64,000 nucleotides of DNA, taken from assembly GCF_006345805.1 (NCBI RefSeq), contig NC_043005.1:90272001-90336000 (forward strand). The letters run 5' to 3'. The translations under genes were made by a program, and so were the position numbers. The notes under the pieces were generated by a model. It saw nothing but the letters and a program-made list of their open reading frames with translations. It searched no databases and was not told the origin of the DNA. Positions 1 to 10,392 of the stretch are shown piece after piece. Origin of the DNA: Octopus sinensis. Lineage: Eukaryota. Positions within the stretch are counted from its first letter, which is position 1. Each line of letters starts with the position of its first letter.

Positions 1-606
1 CTCCCCTCCCCCCCCCCAAATGAACAAAAACGGGATGGGCGTGATTGGATTGTCACTGATTAATTGTCTACTCAAACCTAGGGTCAAACCCTAACAAACA
101 GCCATCTACTCCTGTCTAATTTACTTTCCCCCACTGCAATGTGTGGGAGGGAAACATAACAAACTCCAAATCTAAAAATCATTGTCGTGTTTGTTTTCTT
201 TCAATTAGGTTCTCAAAGTTGAAGCTTTGGATAATTGTTTGCATCCCCCCACCCTCCCGCCCCACATATCCATCTATCCACCTATGTATGTTGTTGATGT
301 TGATGCTGTTTGTAGCAAACTACAGCCATCAATAAGTTGGGTTGTAATTGAAAGAAACTTTTTGTTTTGGTGCCAAATCGCTAGAGTGGGGATTACAAAA
401 GCAAAATACAGGGAAAAAAAACCCATCACTCCTACACAAAAAAATAAAAAATAAAATATAAACACCCACACACACAGACTCACAAATACATGCACATACA
501 CACATATGTACACACACACGCACACACATTACTTAGCTACTTTTGAACACATCAGTCTCAACTAATTATCTATCTGTGTGTATGTGTATGTGTGTGCATG
601 TGCACA

Positions 607-660
<54 letters not shown>

Positions 661-3182
661 CCATAATATTTTCACCAGTTGTAATTGAGTTTGGCCAAAT
701 TATATCTGTATATGTATGTGTGCGTACTTCGGAATATCCACACTTACATACACACACACACACCAATAATTAATTGATTCTGATGATGAGTTTGGGAGTG
801 GAAATTTCTATGGTTTCTCATATATGTGGAATCTCAATGACAGCCTCCCCCATGTCCGCCCACCCGACCCCACCCCATACACCTTCTGGTATCCTGTAAT
901 GTTAAATGATATCTCGTTGGGCGGATCAGAGCCTTCTAACGAGAAAAAAAATGTCTGGTCAATATAACTTAATGAGATTTTTTGTAAGGGAAGAGGCTCT
1001 TGTTGTTTAGGTCTACTAAAAAGGGTATCAAATTTTAGTACAAGGCCAGCAGTTTTAGGGGTGGGAAGAAGTCAATTACATTACCCCCCCCCCCCCCAGT
1101 GTGTAACTGGTACTTATTTTATCAACCCCGAAAGGCCGAAAGGCAAAGCTGACCTTGATGAAATCTGAACTCAGAACATGAAGACAGATGGAATGCCACT
1201 AAGTGTTTTCTCTGGTGTGCTAACCAATTCTGTCAACTTGCTGTCTTCAGGTCTACAAGCAATGGTTTCACATTTTGGGCACAAGGCTGCAATTTCAGCG
1301 GAAGGGGTTAGCCAATTACATTGACTCCTGTGGACAACTGGTATTTTATTGACCCCCAAAATTCAACCTGAATGGCATTTGAAATCAGAATGCAAGGATG
1401 GACAAAATGCCGCTATGCATTTTGTCTTGCATGCCAATAATTCTGCCAGCCTGCCACCTTACTTCAGGTCTACAGATAATAAAATGATAAATTCATTCAT
1501 TTTACACCTGTTTTTCCTTGCTAGCATGGGTTAGGTGAATATATTACTGAGTCACTATTTTACAGCTGGATGCTCTTCCTGTTGCTAACCCTTACTCATT
1601 TTCAAGTATGGGATATCTTCTTTCTCAGGTTTCAAACTGAGCAGGTAATCTAGTCAGACAAAATGCCAACAGAATGGTGAAATTTCTGTCTCACTATTGG
1701 CTAAAAATACCCAGTTTTTTCAATTTTTAAACCTCTGTAACTTTTTCCTCCGAGTTTTTTTCTCCACAACATCATACCTTCATAGCAATGAGACTTATTA
1801 TAGCCAATTTTCAGATTTTTACTGTCTTCTGCAAAAAGCATATTTTGCGAATGAAAAAAATCAGATCCTGGCTTTGTGCCAAAATTTGAAACTAATATTA
1901 CTTTGGTAAGAAACATGTGAAGGTTAGCAACAGGAATGGTGTCCGTCTGACCCATGCAAGCATGGAAAAGGGGGCATTAGATTATGATGATGAGTAAGAT
2001 GAAAGTTTAAAAAATAAAGAAGGAGTTTAATATTGAAGTTGATAGAAATATGGTCAGAAAAAGGTTAAATAGCCGAAACTCGTTTACAGTTGAAAAGACC
2101 AGAAAAATTTAAAATAAAGTGTTTTGCTCAAGAACACAATACACTGCCAAGTCTGGGAATTGAAACCAAGCTCTTACAATCATGAGTGCAACACCATAAT
2201 CACTAGGTCACATGCCTTCACTTTTCCAGAAGACACGAGGGGTGGGGGAGCGTTAAAAAGCAAAAAAGAATTTTAAAAACATGAAAAGAAAATATCTCCA
2301 AAACAGGCAAAGAGATAAAAAAAATAGCAACTGGTGAGTTTGACAGCTTATGATCTTGTCATTAAGGAGTAACAAAACAAATCTTGTGTTTCTTTGACTG
2401 GACCCTGGTGTGTGTGTGTGTGTAGTGGGGACAAGGAGAAACAGAAGGGAGTGTCAGTGATTTAACTAAATCACACTATATTATCAGAGACCCCAATGTT
2501 GTTGACATAACCAGATGGAGGTGTTGCTTCCAAGCAGAGCTCTTTGTTTTACTTTACCCTACTCTCTCTCTAAGGGGTAGGGCCCACCAAAATGAGGGAA
2601 CAGTAAGCTGTCCACAAATTTCCTTGAGACACCCTAAGAAAACTTTGCAACTGGTATTGGTTGGGGTGGCAGAGATAAAGAAGAGGTTAAGATAGAGGTC
2701 ATCAGATTGGTTTCATATTAGAGATTCCTTGCTCCTTTCATGGGGTCCAGCTGTGTGATATATGGTTTCTTCACCCTCTACTGCAGCAGGAGCATGATAA
2801 ATATGGACTACAGTCCCTATTTATATATGTCTGCATTTCTACCTATTTATTAATATACATATATATATATATAACTATTAATATATATATATTTATGTAT
2901 TTATATATAATTATATGTTTATAAATATTTACTTTATATATATATATATATATATAATTTATATAATTATCAGTATATACATATTTATCTATATACACAC
3001 GTGTGTATGTGTTTTGTTTTTGTGAAGGGTATTTATTAACCAATATATTTTTTATCTATCAACTCACATTTTGTAGGAATGCACACAGCAAGGTGTCTTA
3101 TCTCATTCATAGTTTTCCCTTACCTTATTCCTAACTAAACGAGCGGAGGTGAAAAAGCCACAACTATGATTCATCCTCATTA

Positions 3183-3220
<38 letters not shown>

Positions 3221-4306
3221 TTTCATAACTAACCTTTGGATAAAGTGCAAATAAACATTACTAGTTTGTGTTTAACCAGCTGAGTGTTTTAGCTTAGTCT
3301 TGTTTCTCTCCTTTTGCCATATCTTAAATAGAAATATGGCTGTAATAAATAAATAGATAAATAAATAAAGATAAAAAAAAAGGCCATAATTAGGCATCAT
3401 GCTTTATGTCTCTGCTCTGTGATGTGTGTTTCCATTCTGTGTTTATGGTGTTTATGGCGTGTGTATTCATGCCGTGATTATGTTATAAGCAGATTATGAA
3501 TGTGTTGAAAAGTCGGTTTCCAAATGGCTGATTTCTCACTCAACACTAAGGTTACTTTTAGAAAATTTTTCAGTATCTTATGGCACTGTAAAGACTCTTC
3601 AGATTTGCAACATGACAAGCTACAGGGAGACAAGAGTTTAAATCAAAAAATTATATATAAAAACACAGACACACACAAGGAGAAAACACTAAGCTTTGAT
3701 GAACCATTGAGGATCTCTTTTAGCCCTTTGAATGCCAACCCACCTTAGACCACCCCTGGTTATATGATATAAACTTCTTGTTTCAAAGTGATTTAAATTA
3801 ATTTTTACCATTGAAATTTTGTTAATTTATGTTTCAAGGATTTGCTGTGTGGTTAAGAAACTTGCTTTGCAATCTTGTAGTTTTGGGTTCACGCCTAGTA
3901 TGTAGCACCTTGGGCAAGTGTCTTCTACAACAGCTCTGGGTCAACCAGTGCCTTGTGAATGAATTTGGTACACAGAAATTGGGTGGAAGCCAAGCCCATG
4001 GTATGTGTGTGTGTGTTAGTGTCTGTTCTCACACAGCTTCATAACTGATATTGGTTTGTTTACATCTCTGTTACTTAGCAGTCCAGCAAAAGAGACTGAT
4101 AGAATAGGTGCTAGGCTTATTGATTTGCTCAACTACACTCTTTAAACAGTATCCTCACATGACTGTGATCCAATGACTGAAAGAAGTAAAAGAGTAAACA
4201 TCAACTTAATAAGGGATTATTTTACTAAATTTACTAATAGACAAGTAAATAATTACATACATACGTATATACGTAGGTACACACATATGTACATACATAC
4301 ATACCA

Positions 4307-4675
4307 GTGAAGACCTCAATAAAATGTAGGCACAACAGACCCGATATAATGATTTGGGATAGAGAAGGGAAACTGTGTACGGTTGTGGAAATTAGTTGCC
4401 CAGCAGATGTTAACATAACGCTGAAGATCAGTGAGAAAGAGAACACCTATGTTGAACTATTGAGAAATCTGCAGTTGCTCTATCCAGATTACAAGTTCAG
4501 GTTTGTACCTGTAATTATTGGGGCCCTGGGATATGTAATACACTGCCAAAATACCGATCTTGAGAAATTAGACTTCCCAAAACCAGAGAGAAGAAAGCTA
4601 ATTCGAAGATTACAGATCCAATCCATTACTGGAACTGTAAAAGTCTGTGAAACTTTCCTGAAGTTTATCATTTAA
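4307..4675 (+). mobile_element. 3' fragment of a non-LTR retrotransposon with a restriction-like endonuclease (RLE, PD-(D/E)xK) domain; R4/NeSL/HERO-type
   Basis: The ORF peptide NRPDIMIWD...VVEISCP...K.SEKENTY.EL...VPVIIGALG matches the RPD...D/E.S.P...K..KY..L...PIVIGALG C-terminal motif of RLE LINEs (established knowledge). It ends in a stop followed by a 3' UTR and (TACA)n; no RT domain upstream, so it is 5'-truncated. Confidence 0.85.
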
Positions 4676-4913
4676 ATATATATGAGCATGTCTAGATATG
4701 CAACTATATGCATGGGAATACATACATAAAACAAAACATACAAATATGCACTTATACATATATACATATATACCTACATACATACATACATACATACAAA
4801 CAAAAGTATCCTGTTGTTGATGTTGAAATTCCAATGATGGAGTCTTGGATCTAGGTTAGAAACCGGTTTTTTCTCTATTGGCAAGAAATCTTGAAATAAA
4901 CTGAATGACATAT

Positions 4914-5079
4914 AGGCGCAGGAGTGGCTGTGTGGTAAGTAGCTTGCTAACCAACCACATGGTTCTGGGTTCAGTCCCACTGCGTGGCATCTTGGGCAAG
5001 TGTCTTCTGCTATAGCTCCAGGCCGACCAATGCCTTGTGAGTGGATTTGGTAGACGGAAGCTGAAAGAAGCCTGTCGTA

Positions 5080-5116
<37 letters not shown>

Positions 5117-5330
5117 GTGTGTGTTTGTGTGACTGTGTTTGTCCCCCTAGCATTGCTTGACAACCGATGCTGGTGTGTTTACGTCCCCGTCACTTAACGG
5201 TTCGGCAAAAAGAGACCGATAGAATAAGTACTGGGCTTACAAAGAATAAGTCCCGGGGTCGATTTGCTCGACTAAAGGCGGTGCTCCAGCATGGCCGCAA
5301 TCAAATGACTGAAACAAGTAACAGAAAGAA
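4914..5330 (+). mobile_element. tRNA-derived SINE family A (CORE-like), well-preserved copy
   Basis: A-box-like TGGCTGTGTGGTAAG, B-box-like GGTTCAGTCCCA, CORE-like CTTGGGCAAGTGTC, internal (TA)(TG) tract, 3' end GACTGAAACAAGTAA. More than 12 diverged copies in the window (e.g. 3838, 6026, 17880, 40170, 52345, 53886, 58860). Confidence 0.85.
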
Positions 5331-6491
5331 AGAAAGAAAGAAATATATGCATCCATTTATATACATGTATGAATAAATGATTGAGTCCATTAAAGAGCTC
5401 TGGGATCCAAAACCAGCTGGAGCTAAACAGGAACATTGCCATTGAGAGGGACATGGTGTTTCTGTTGTTGAGTGTAATTTTTTTTGGATTTATATTTATT
5501 TATTTATTGCTACATGGATTCAATTATACAATTGTAATCAGAATCAGTTTATGAGGCGGCGTTTAAAGAGAATTAACCATTTCATGAGAGGAACAACAAA
5601 GCAAAGACCAGCTTTTAGAGTAGTTCCTGTGAGGTCTTGTACACGCATAAAAACATACATGCATACACACGCACACATACATGTGTGTGTGCACGCGCGC
5701 GTGTGTGTGTGGTGGATATATTAGGAACAGATGTCTAGTAGAAGTTTAAAAGAGTTGAACTGTTTCTCAGTATGCTTGAAGGAATAAATAAAGAAAAAGA
5801 AACATACTTAATGTATGTATATATATATGTATATATATGTGTGTGTGTGTGTGTGTGTTATATATGATATATATATATATATGTATGTATATATATATGT
5901 ATATAAAATAATTTATTTGTATATTCCTTTGAAGTTTCAGTTTCTAGAATGTCTTTCAAAGTGGTGTGTGTGTGTGTGTGTGTGTCTCTCTCTCCCTATA
6001 TATATATATATATATATATATAAGCTTGGCTGTGTGGTTAAGAAGTTTGCTTTGCGACCACAAGTTTTTAGTCAGGTTCAGTTCCATTTCAGGGCACCTT
6101 GGGTTAGAGACTTTTTGTACAACACTGAACCAACCAATGCCTTGCAAGTGAATTTTATAGACAAAAACTATATAAAAGCCTGTTATGTATATATGTGCAC
6201 ACACACACACACACACACGCACACACACGCACACACACGCATAGCCTGTATGTGTGACTGTAAGCATGGATATATTGTTGAGATGGAATGATAGATAAAT
6301 CTTTCCTTAAGATATAAACTTGCGGTTTTTATTAAACATCAAAATGAGTAAGCTGGGCCACAGCACAGTCAAAGAGATCTTCAGGGAAATTAACAGCCTA
6401 AGTTTTAGCAAACCAAAGTTTACATTATATATCTGGTCATTATAAGCATGCTAGGTGTAACATTAAGTATGTTTATGTGAGAACACTTTTG

Positions 6492-6530
<39 letters not shown>

Positions 6531-6680
6531 ATATATTACAAATAAGAAAATGAGAGAAACAGATTTAGTTTGTTCATCAACTTTCGGATATTAGAAAGTT
6601 GGATTATTTATTCATTTAGCAAAATGAGAACCGATAAATACTATCCCATAGTAGGTTAACCCATAGCTCCTATCTTACTT

Positions 6681-6760
<80 letters not shown>

Positions 6761-7533
6761 TATATATAGTATGTATGTATGTATGTATGTATGTATGTAT
6801 GTATGTATGTTGTATGTATTATATATATATACAAATCTTATATATATAGCTTTGTATATTTTTGTGTGTTTGTTAGTAAGAGGCAGAATGAAACCTCGTG
6901 GGACTGAGGTGGAGATGGCGAAGCTGATGGTGCCCTCTGTTGCAGTCTTGACTGCAGTGGCAAAGGAGGTCATTGTTTGCCTGATTTGACATTAGGGTGT
7001 TACCTCTGCTAGAGTGTTCATATCTCAAACACCAGACATCAACTGGAAAATAACCGCTCTTATAATGGTCACTAGAAAGGTGAGTCACATAATGGAAGGG
7101 TCAAGTGCTCTTGATCATTGAAGCGGATGTTGAGTTTTAGTAATATTCTGTGTGGTGTCCAGACTTTTTCTTATTATTTCTTTTGGCACTTTTCATTGGC
7201 TTATTCTGGGGTCTTAAAATTTGACTGCAACATGTCCTGGTAGATAAATACCGTCACAAAATAAAGGAGCCAACCATCATTCATGGACAAATAAGGCTTG
7301 GTGGTAACATGGACCACATTTATGAGAATTTTAGGTACCTATGTGGCTACAGGTAGATATAGATACTCTCTTGACTCTCCAGCTCTTATATCCAGCAGCA
7401 CAGGTAGAATGGACAGTCAGAGAGGGATGGGGAGAGAGATACAGAGAGGGATGGGGAGAGAGGGTATGTAAGTATGTATATAATATATATATATGTATAT
7501 ATATATATGTATATTATATATATATATATATAT

Positions 7534-7575
<42 letters not shown>

Positions 7576-7720
7576 TTGGCCAAAAGTCACCTGGCAGTAA
7601 ATCAAAACCAATTAATTCCAAAGTTTATTAAGTTTAACACACTGAATGAATTTAATAAAAGCATCTAAATCTGTTATATATTATATATATTATATATATA
7701 TATATTATATATATATATAT

Positions 7721-8074
7721 AATAATAAATCTCTAAGCGAGGTATAAACAGTAACTGCTCTGTAATATAAGCGGGACCAGCCATCTGAATGTGGCTAGGG
7801 ACAGGGCGGGGTGGTGGGGGTGTTACTGATGCATTTAGCCCCAGGCGACTATAGACGTCACCAGGAGAGCCGACACCATCACGGTGTCCTTGCTAGCCTG
7901 TAAAGGGAGATCAGCCTCCCCGAAGATACGGATGCTACACACGGACCGGTTTCGAGGTGGTCGCCTCTCGTCAGCGCATGGCAAGCACCGTTCTTCGTTG
8001 AGGGACTTCCTCTACAGGCTAGAATATATAGATTTTCACAGTAAACACAGTCACTGGCGTCGAAAATCTGTCGA
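7721..8074 (-). mobile_element. Inverted full monomer of ~360-nt hammerhead-containing repeat (element E); retrozyme / Penelope-like pLTR type
   Basis: Reverse complement of the plus-strand sequence at 8298-8587 joined to 8077-8288; flanked on the left by (TA)n; carries a hammerhead core. Confidence 0.8.
7938..7980 (-). ncRNA. Type I hammerhead ribozyme (minimal helix III)
   Basis: Minus strand reads CAUGCG-CUGACGA-GAGG(cgacca)CCUC-GAAA-CCGG-UC-CGUGUG. All core nucleotides are canonical; helix I has 6 pairs (2 G-U), helix II 4 bp, helix III is palindromic ACCGGU. Predicted cleavage after the C at 7944. Confidence 0.85.
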
Positions 8075-8076
8075 AA

Positions 8077-8587
8077 ATCCGTATCTTCGGGGAGGCTGAT
8101 CTCCCTTTACAGGCTAGCAAGGACACCGTGATGGTGTCGGCTCTCCTGGTGACGTCTATAGTCGCCTGGGGCTAAATGCATCAGTAACACCCCCACCACC
8201 CCGCCCTGTCCTAGCCACATTCAGATGGCTGGTCCCGCTTATATTACAGAGCAGTTACTGTTTATACCTCGCTTAGAGATTTATTATTGTTATCGAACAG
8301 ATTTTCGACGCCAGTGACTGTGTTTACAGTGAAAATCTATATATTTCTAGCCAGTAGAGAAGTCCCTCAACGAAGAACGGTGCTTGCCATGCGCTGACGA
8401 GAGGCGACCACCTCGAAACCGGTCCATGTGTAGCATCCGTATCTTCGGGGAGGCTGATCTCCCTTTACAGGCTAGCAAGGACACCGTGATGGTGTCGGCT
8501 CTCCTGGTGACGTCTATAGTCGCCTGGGGCTAAATGCATCAGTAACACCCCCACCACCCCGCCCTGTCCCTAGCCACATTCAGATGG
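8077..8587 (+). mobile_element. Head-to-tail tandem (~1.4 monomers, period 358 nt) of element E
   Basis: ATCCGTATCTTCGG... recurs at 8077 and 8435; monomer junction ...AGAGATTTATTATT|GTTATCGAACAG at 8288/8289. Confidence 0.85.
8388..8430 (+). ncRNA. Type I hammerhead ribozyme (minimal helix III), plus-strand copy
   Basis: CATGCG-CTGACGA(8394-8400)-GAGG..CCTC-GAAA(8415-8418)-CCGG-TC(8423-8424)-CATGTG. Canonical core; one C-A mismatch in helix I compared with the minus-strand copy. Confidence 0.8.
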
Positions 8588-8713
8588 TTAGTTGCCCGTT
8601 TTCAGTTTCAATTTTCCTGTAACAAGCGGATATAAGTGGATAAAACAGTGTATTTGGCTTTAGAATAACCCTCTTTAGCCCTTAATATATGATATATATA
8701 TATATATATATAT

Positions 8714-8892
8714 AGTTGGAATTTACAAAAAAAAAAAACAACGAAAGACTAAGATGGGTGTGTAAGCAACAAATATATTAGTTTAACACTCGGGAAGTGA
8801 GGAAGGCTTTTACCTTTCGAGCCTACGCTCTTCAACAGAAAGGGACACAGAAATAAACAGAGAGAAAATAGAAGGTTTAGTGGCTAGTGATC
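8714..8892 (-). mobile_element. (TA)n-flanked element F carrying a variant hammerhead-like motif
   Basis: Homologous to 10051-10228 (-) and 20596-20775 (+). Minus strand contains CUUU-CUGUUGA-A-GAGC(guag)GCUC-GAAA-GG-UA-AAAG. Confidence 0.65.
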
Positions 8893-8904
8893 AATCATAT
8901 TGAA

Positions 8905-8975
<71 letters not shown>

Positions 8976-8992
8976 ATATATAGATATGTGTG

Positions 8993-9054
<62 letters not shown>

Positions 9055-9055
<1 letters not shown>

Positions 9056-9409
9056 ATAATAAATCTCTAAGCGAGGTATAAACAGTAACTGCTCTGTAAT
9101 ATAAGCGGGACCAGCCATCTGAATGTGGCTAGGGACAGGGCGGGGTGGTGGGGGTGTTACTGATGCATTTAGCCCCAGGCGACTATAGACGTCACCAGGA
9201 GAGCCGACACCATCACGGTGTCCTTGCTAGCCTGTAAAGGGAGATCAGCCTCCCCGAAGATACGGATGCTACACACGGACCGGTTTCGAGGTGGTCGCCT
9301 CTCGTCAGCGCATGGCAAGCACCGTTCTTCGTTGAGGGACTTCCTCTACAGGCTAGAAATATATAGATTTTCACTGTAAACACAGTCACTGGCGTCGAAA
9401 ATCTGTCGA
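9055..9409 (-). mobile_element. Inverted monomer of element E, second cassette
   Basis: Near-identical to 7721-8074. Confidence 0.8.
9272..9314 (-). ncRNA. Type I hammerhead ribozyme, second cassette, minus strand
   Basis: Identical core and helices to 7938-7980. Confidence 0.85.
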
Positions 9410-9411
9410 AA

Positions 9412-9924
9412 ATCCGTATCTTCGGGGAGGCTGATCTCCCTTTACAGGCTAGCAAGGACACCGTGATGGTGTCGGCTCTCCTGGTGACGTCTATAGTCGC
9501 CTGGGGCTAAATGCATCAGTAACACCCCCACCACCCCGCCCTGTCCCTAGCCACATTCAGATGGCTGGTCCCGCTTATATTACAGAGCAGTTACTGTTTA
9601 TACCTCGCTTAGAGATTTATTATTGTTATCGAACAGATTTTCGACGCCAGTGACTGTGTTTACAGTGAAAATCTATATATTTCTAGCCAGTAGAGGAAGT
9701 CCCTCAACGAAGAACGGTGCTTGCCATGCGCTGACGAGAGGCGACCACCTCGAAACCGGTCCATGTGTAGCATCCGTATCTTCGGGGAGGCTGATCTCCC
9801 TTTACAGGCTAGCAAGGACACCGTGATGGTGTCGGCTCTCCTGGTGACGTCTATAGTCGCCTGGGGCTAAATGCATCAGTAACACCCCCACCACCCCGCC
9901 CTGTCCCTAGCCACATTCAGATGG
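9412..9924 (+). mobile_element. Head-to-tail tandem of element E (period 360 nt), second cassette
   Basis: ATCCGTATC recurs at 9412 and 9772. Confidence 0.85.
9725..9767 (+). ncRNA. Type I hammerhead ribozyme, second cassette, plus strand
   Basis: CATGCG-CTGACGA(9731-9737)-GAGG..CCTC-GAAA(9752-9755)-CCGG-TC-CATGTG. Confidence 0.8.
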
Positions 9925-10050
9925 TTAGTTGCCCGTTTTCAGTTTCAATTTTCCTGTAACAAGCGGATTATAAGTGGATAAAACAGTGTATTTGGCTTTA
10001 GAATAACCCTCTTTAGCCCTTAATTATATGATATATATATATATATATAT

Positions 10051-10228
10051 AGTTGGAATTTACAAAAAAAAAACAACGAAAGACTAAGATGGGTGTGTAA
10101 GCAACAAATATATTAGTTTAACACTCGGGAAGTGAGGAAGGCTTTTACCTTTCGAGCCTACGCTCTTCAACAGAAAGGGACACAGAAATAAACAGAGAGA
10201 AAATAGAAAGGTTTAGTGGCTAGTGATC
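10051..10228 (-). mobile_element. Element F, second cassette
   Basis: Near-identical to 8714-8892. Confidence 0.65.
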
Positions 10229-10240
10229 AATCATATTGAA

Positions 10241-10315
<75 letters not shown>

Positions 10316-10332
10316 ATATATAGATATGTGTG

Positions 10333-10392
<60 letters not shown>

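Larger units (their letters stand above)
7721..10330 (+). repeat. Tandem duplication of a ~1334-bp composite cassette (inverted E + tandem E + spacer + F + (TATC)n)
   Basis: The unit starting at 7721 recurs at 9055 (offset 1334); differences are mostly single-base homopolymer indels. Confidence 0.95.

Noticed and set aside
4815-4895. GAAACCGGTT palindrome after the RLE LINE fragment, similar to helix III of element E
   Set aside because: No CUGANGA box or helix II upstream.
6891-7079. GC-richer segment ending in a strong donor AAG|GTGAGT
   Set aside because: No frame is open across the segment from the plausible upstream acceptors; only a weak 84-nt sub-exon is possible.
7884-9826. ORFs inside element E (MSLLACKGRSASPKIR..., MLSNRFSTPV...)
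   Set aside because: Short, differ between copies through frameshifting indels, and overlap a structured RNA; treated as incidental.
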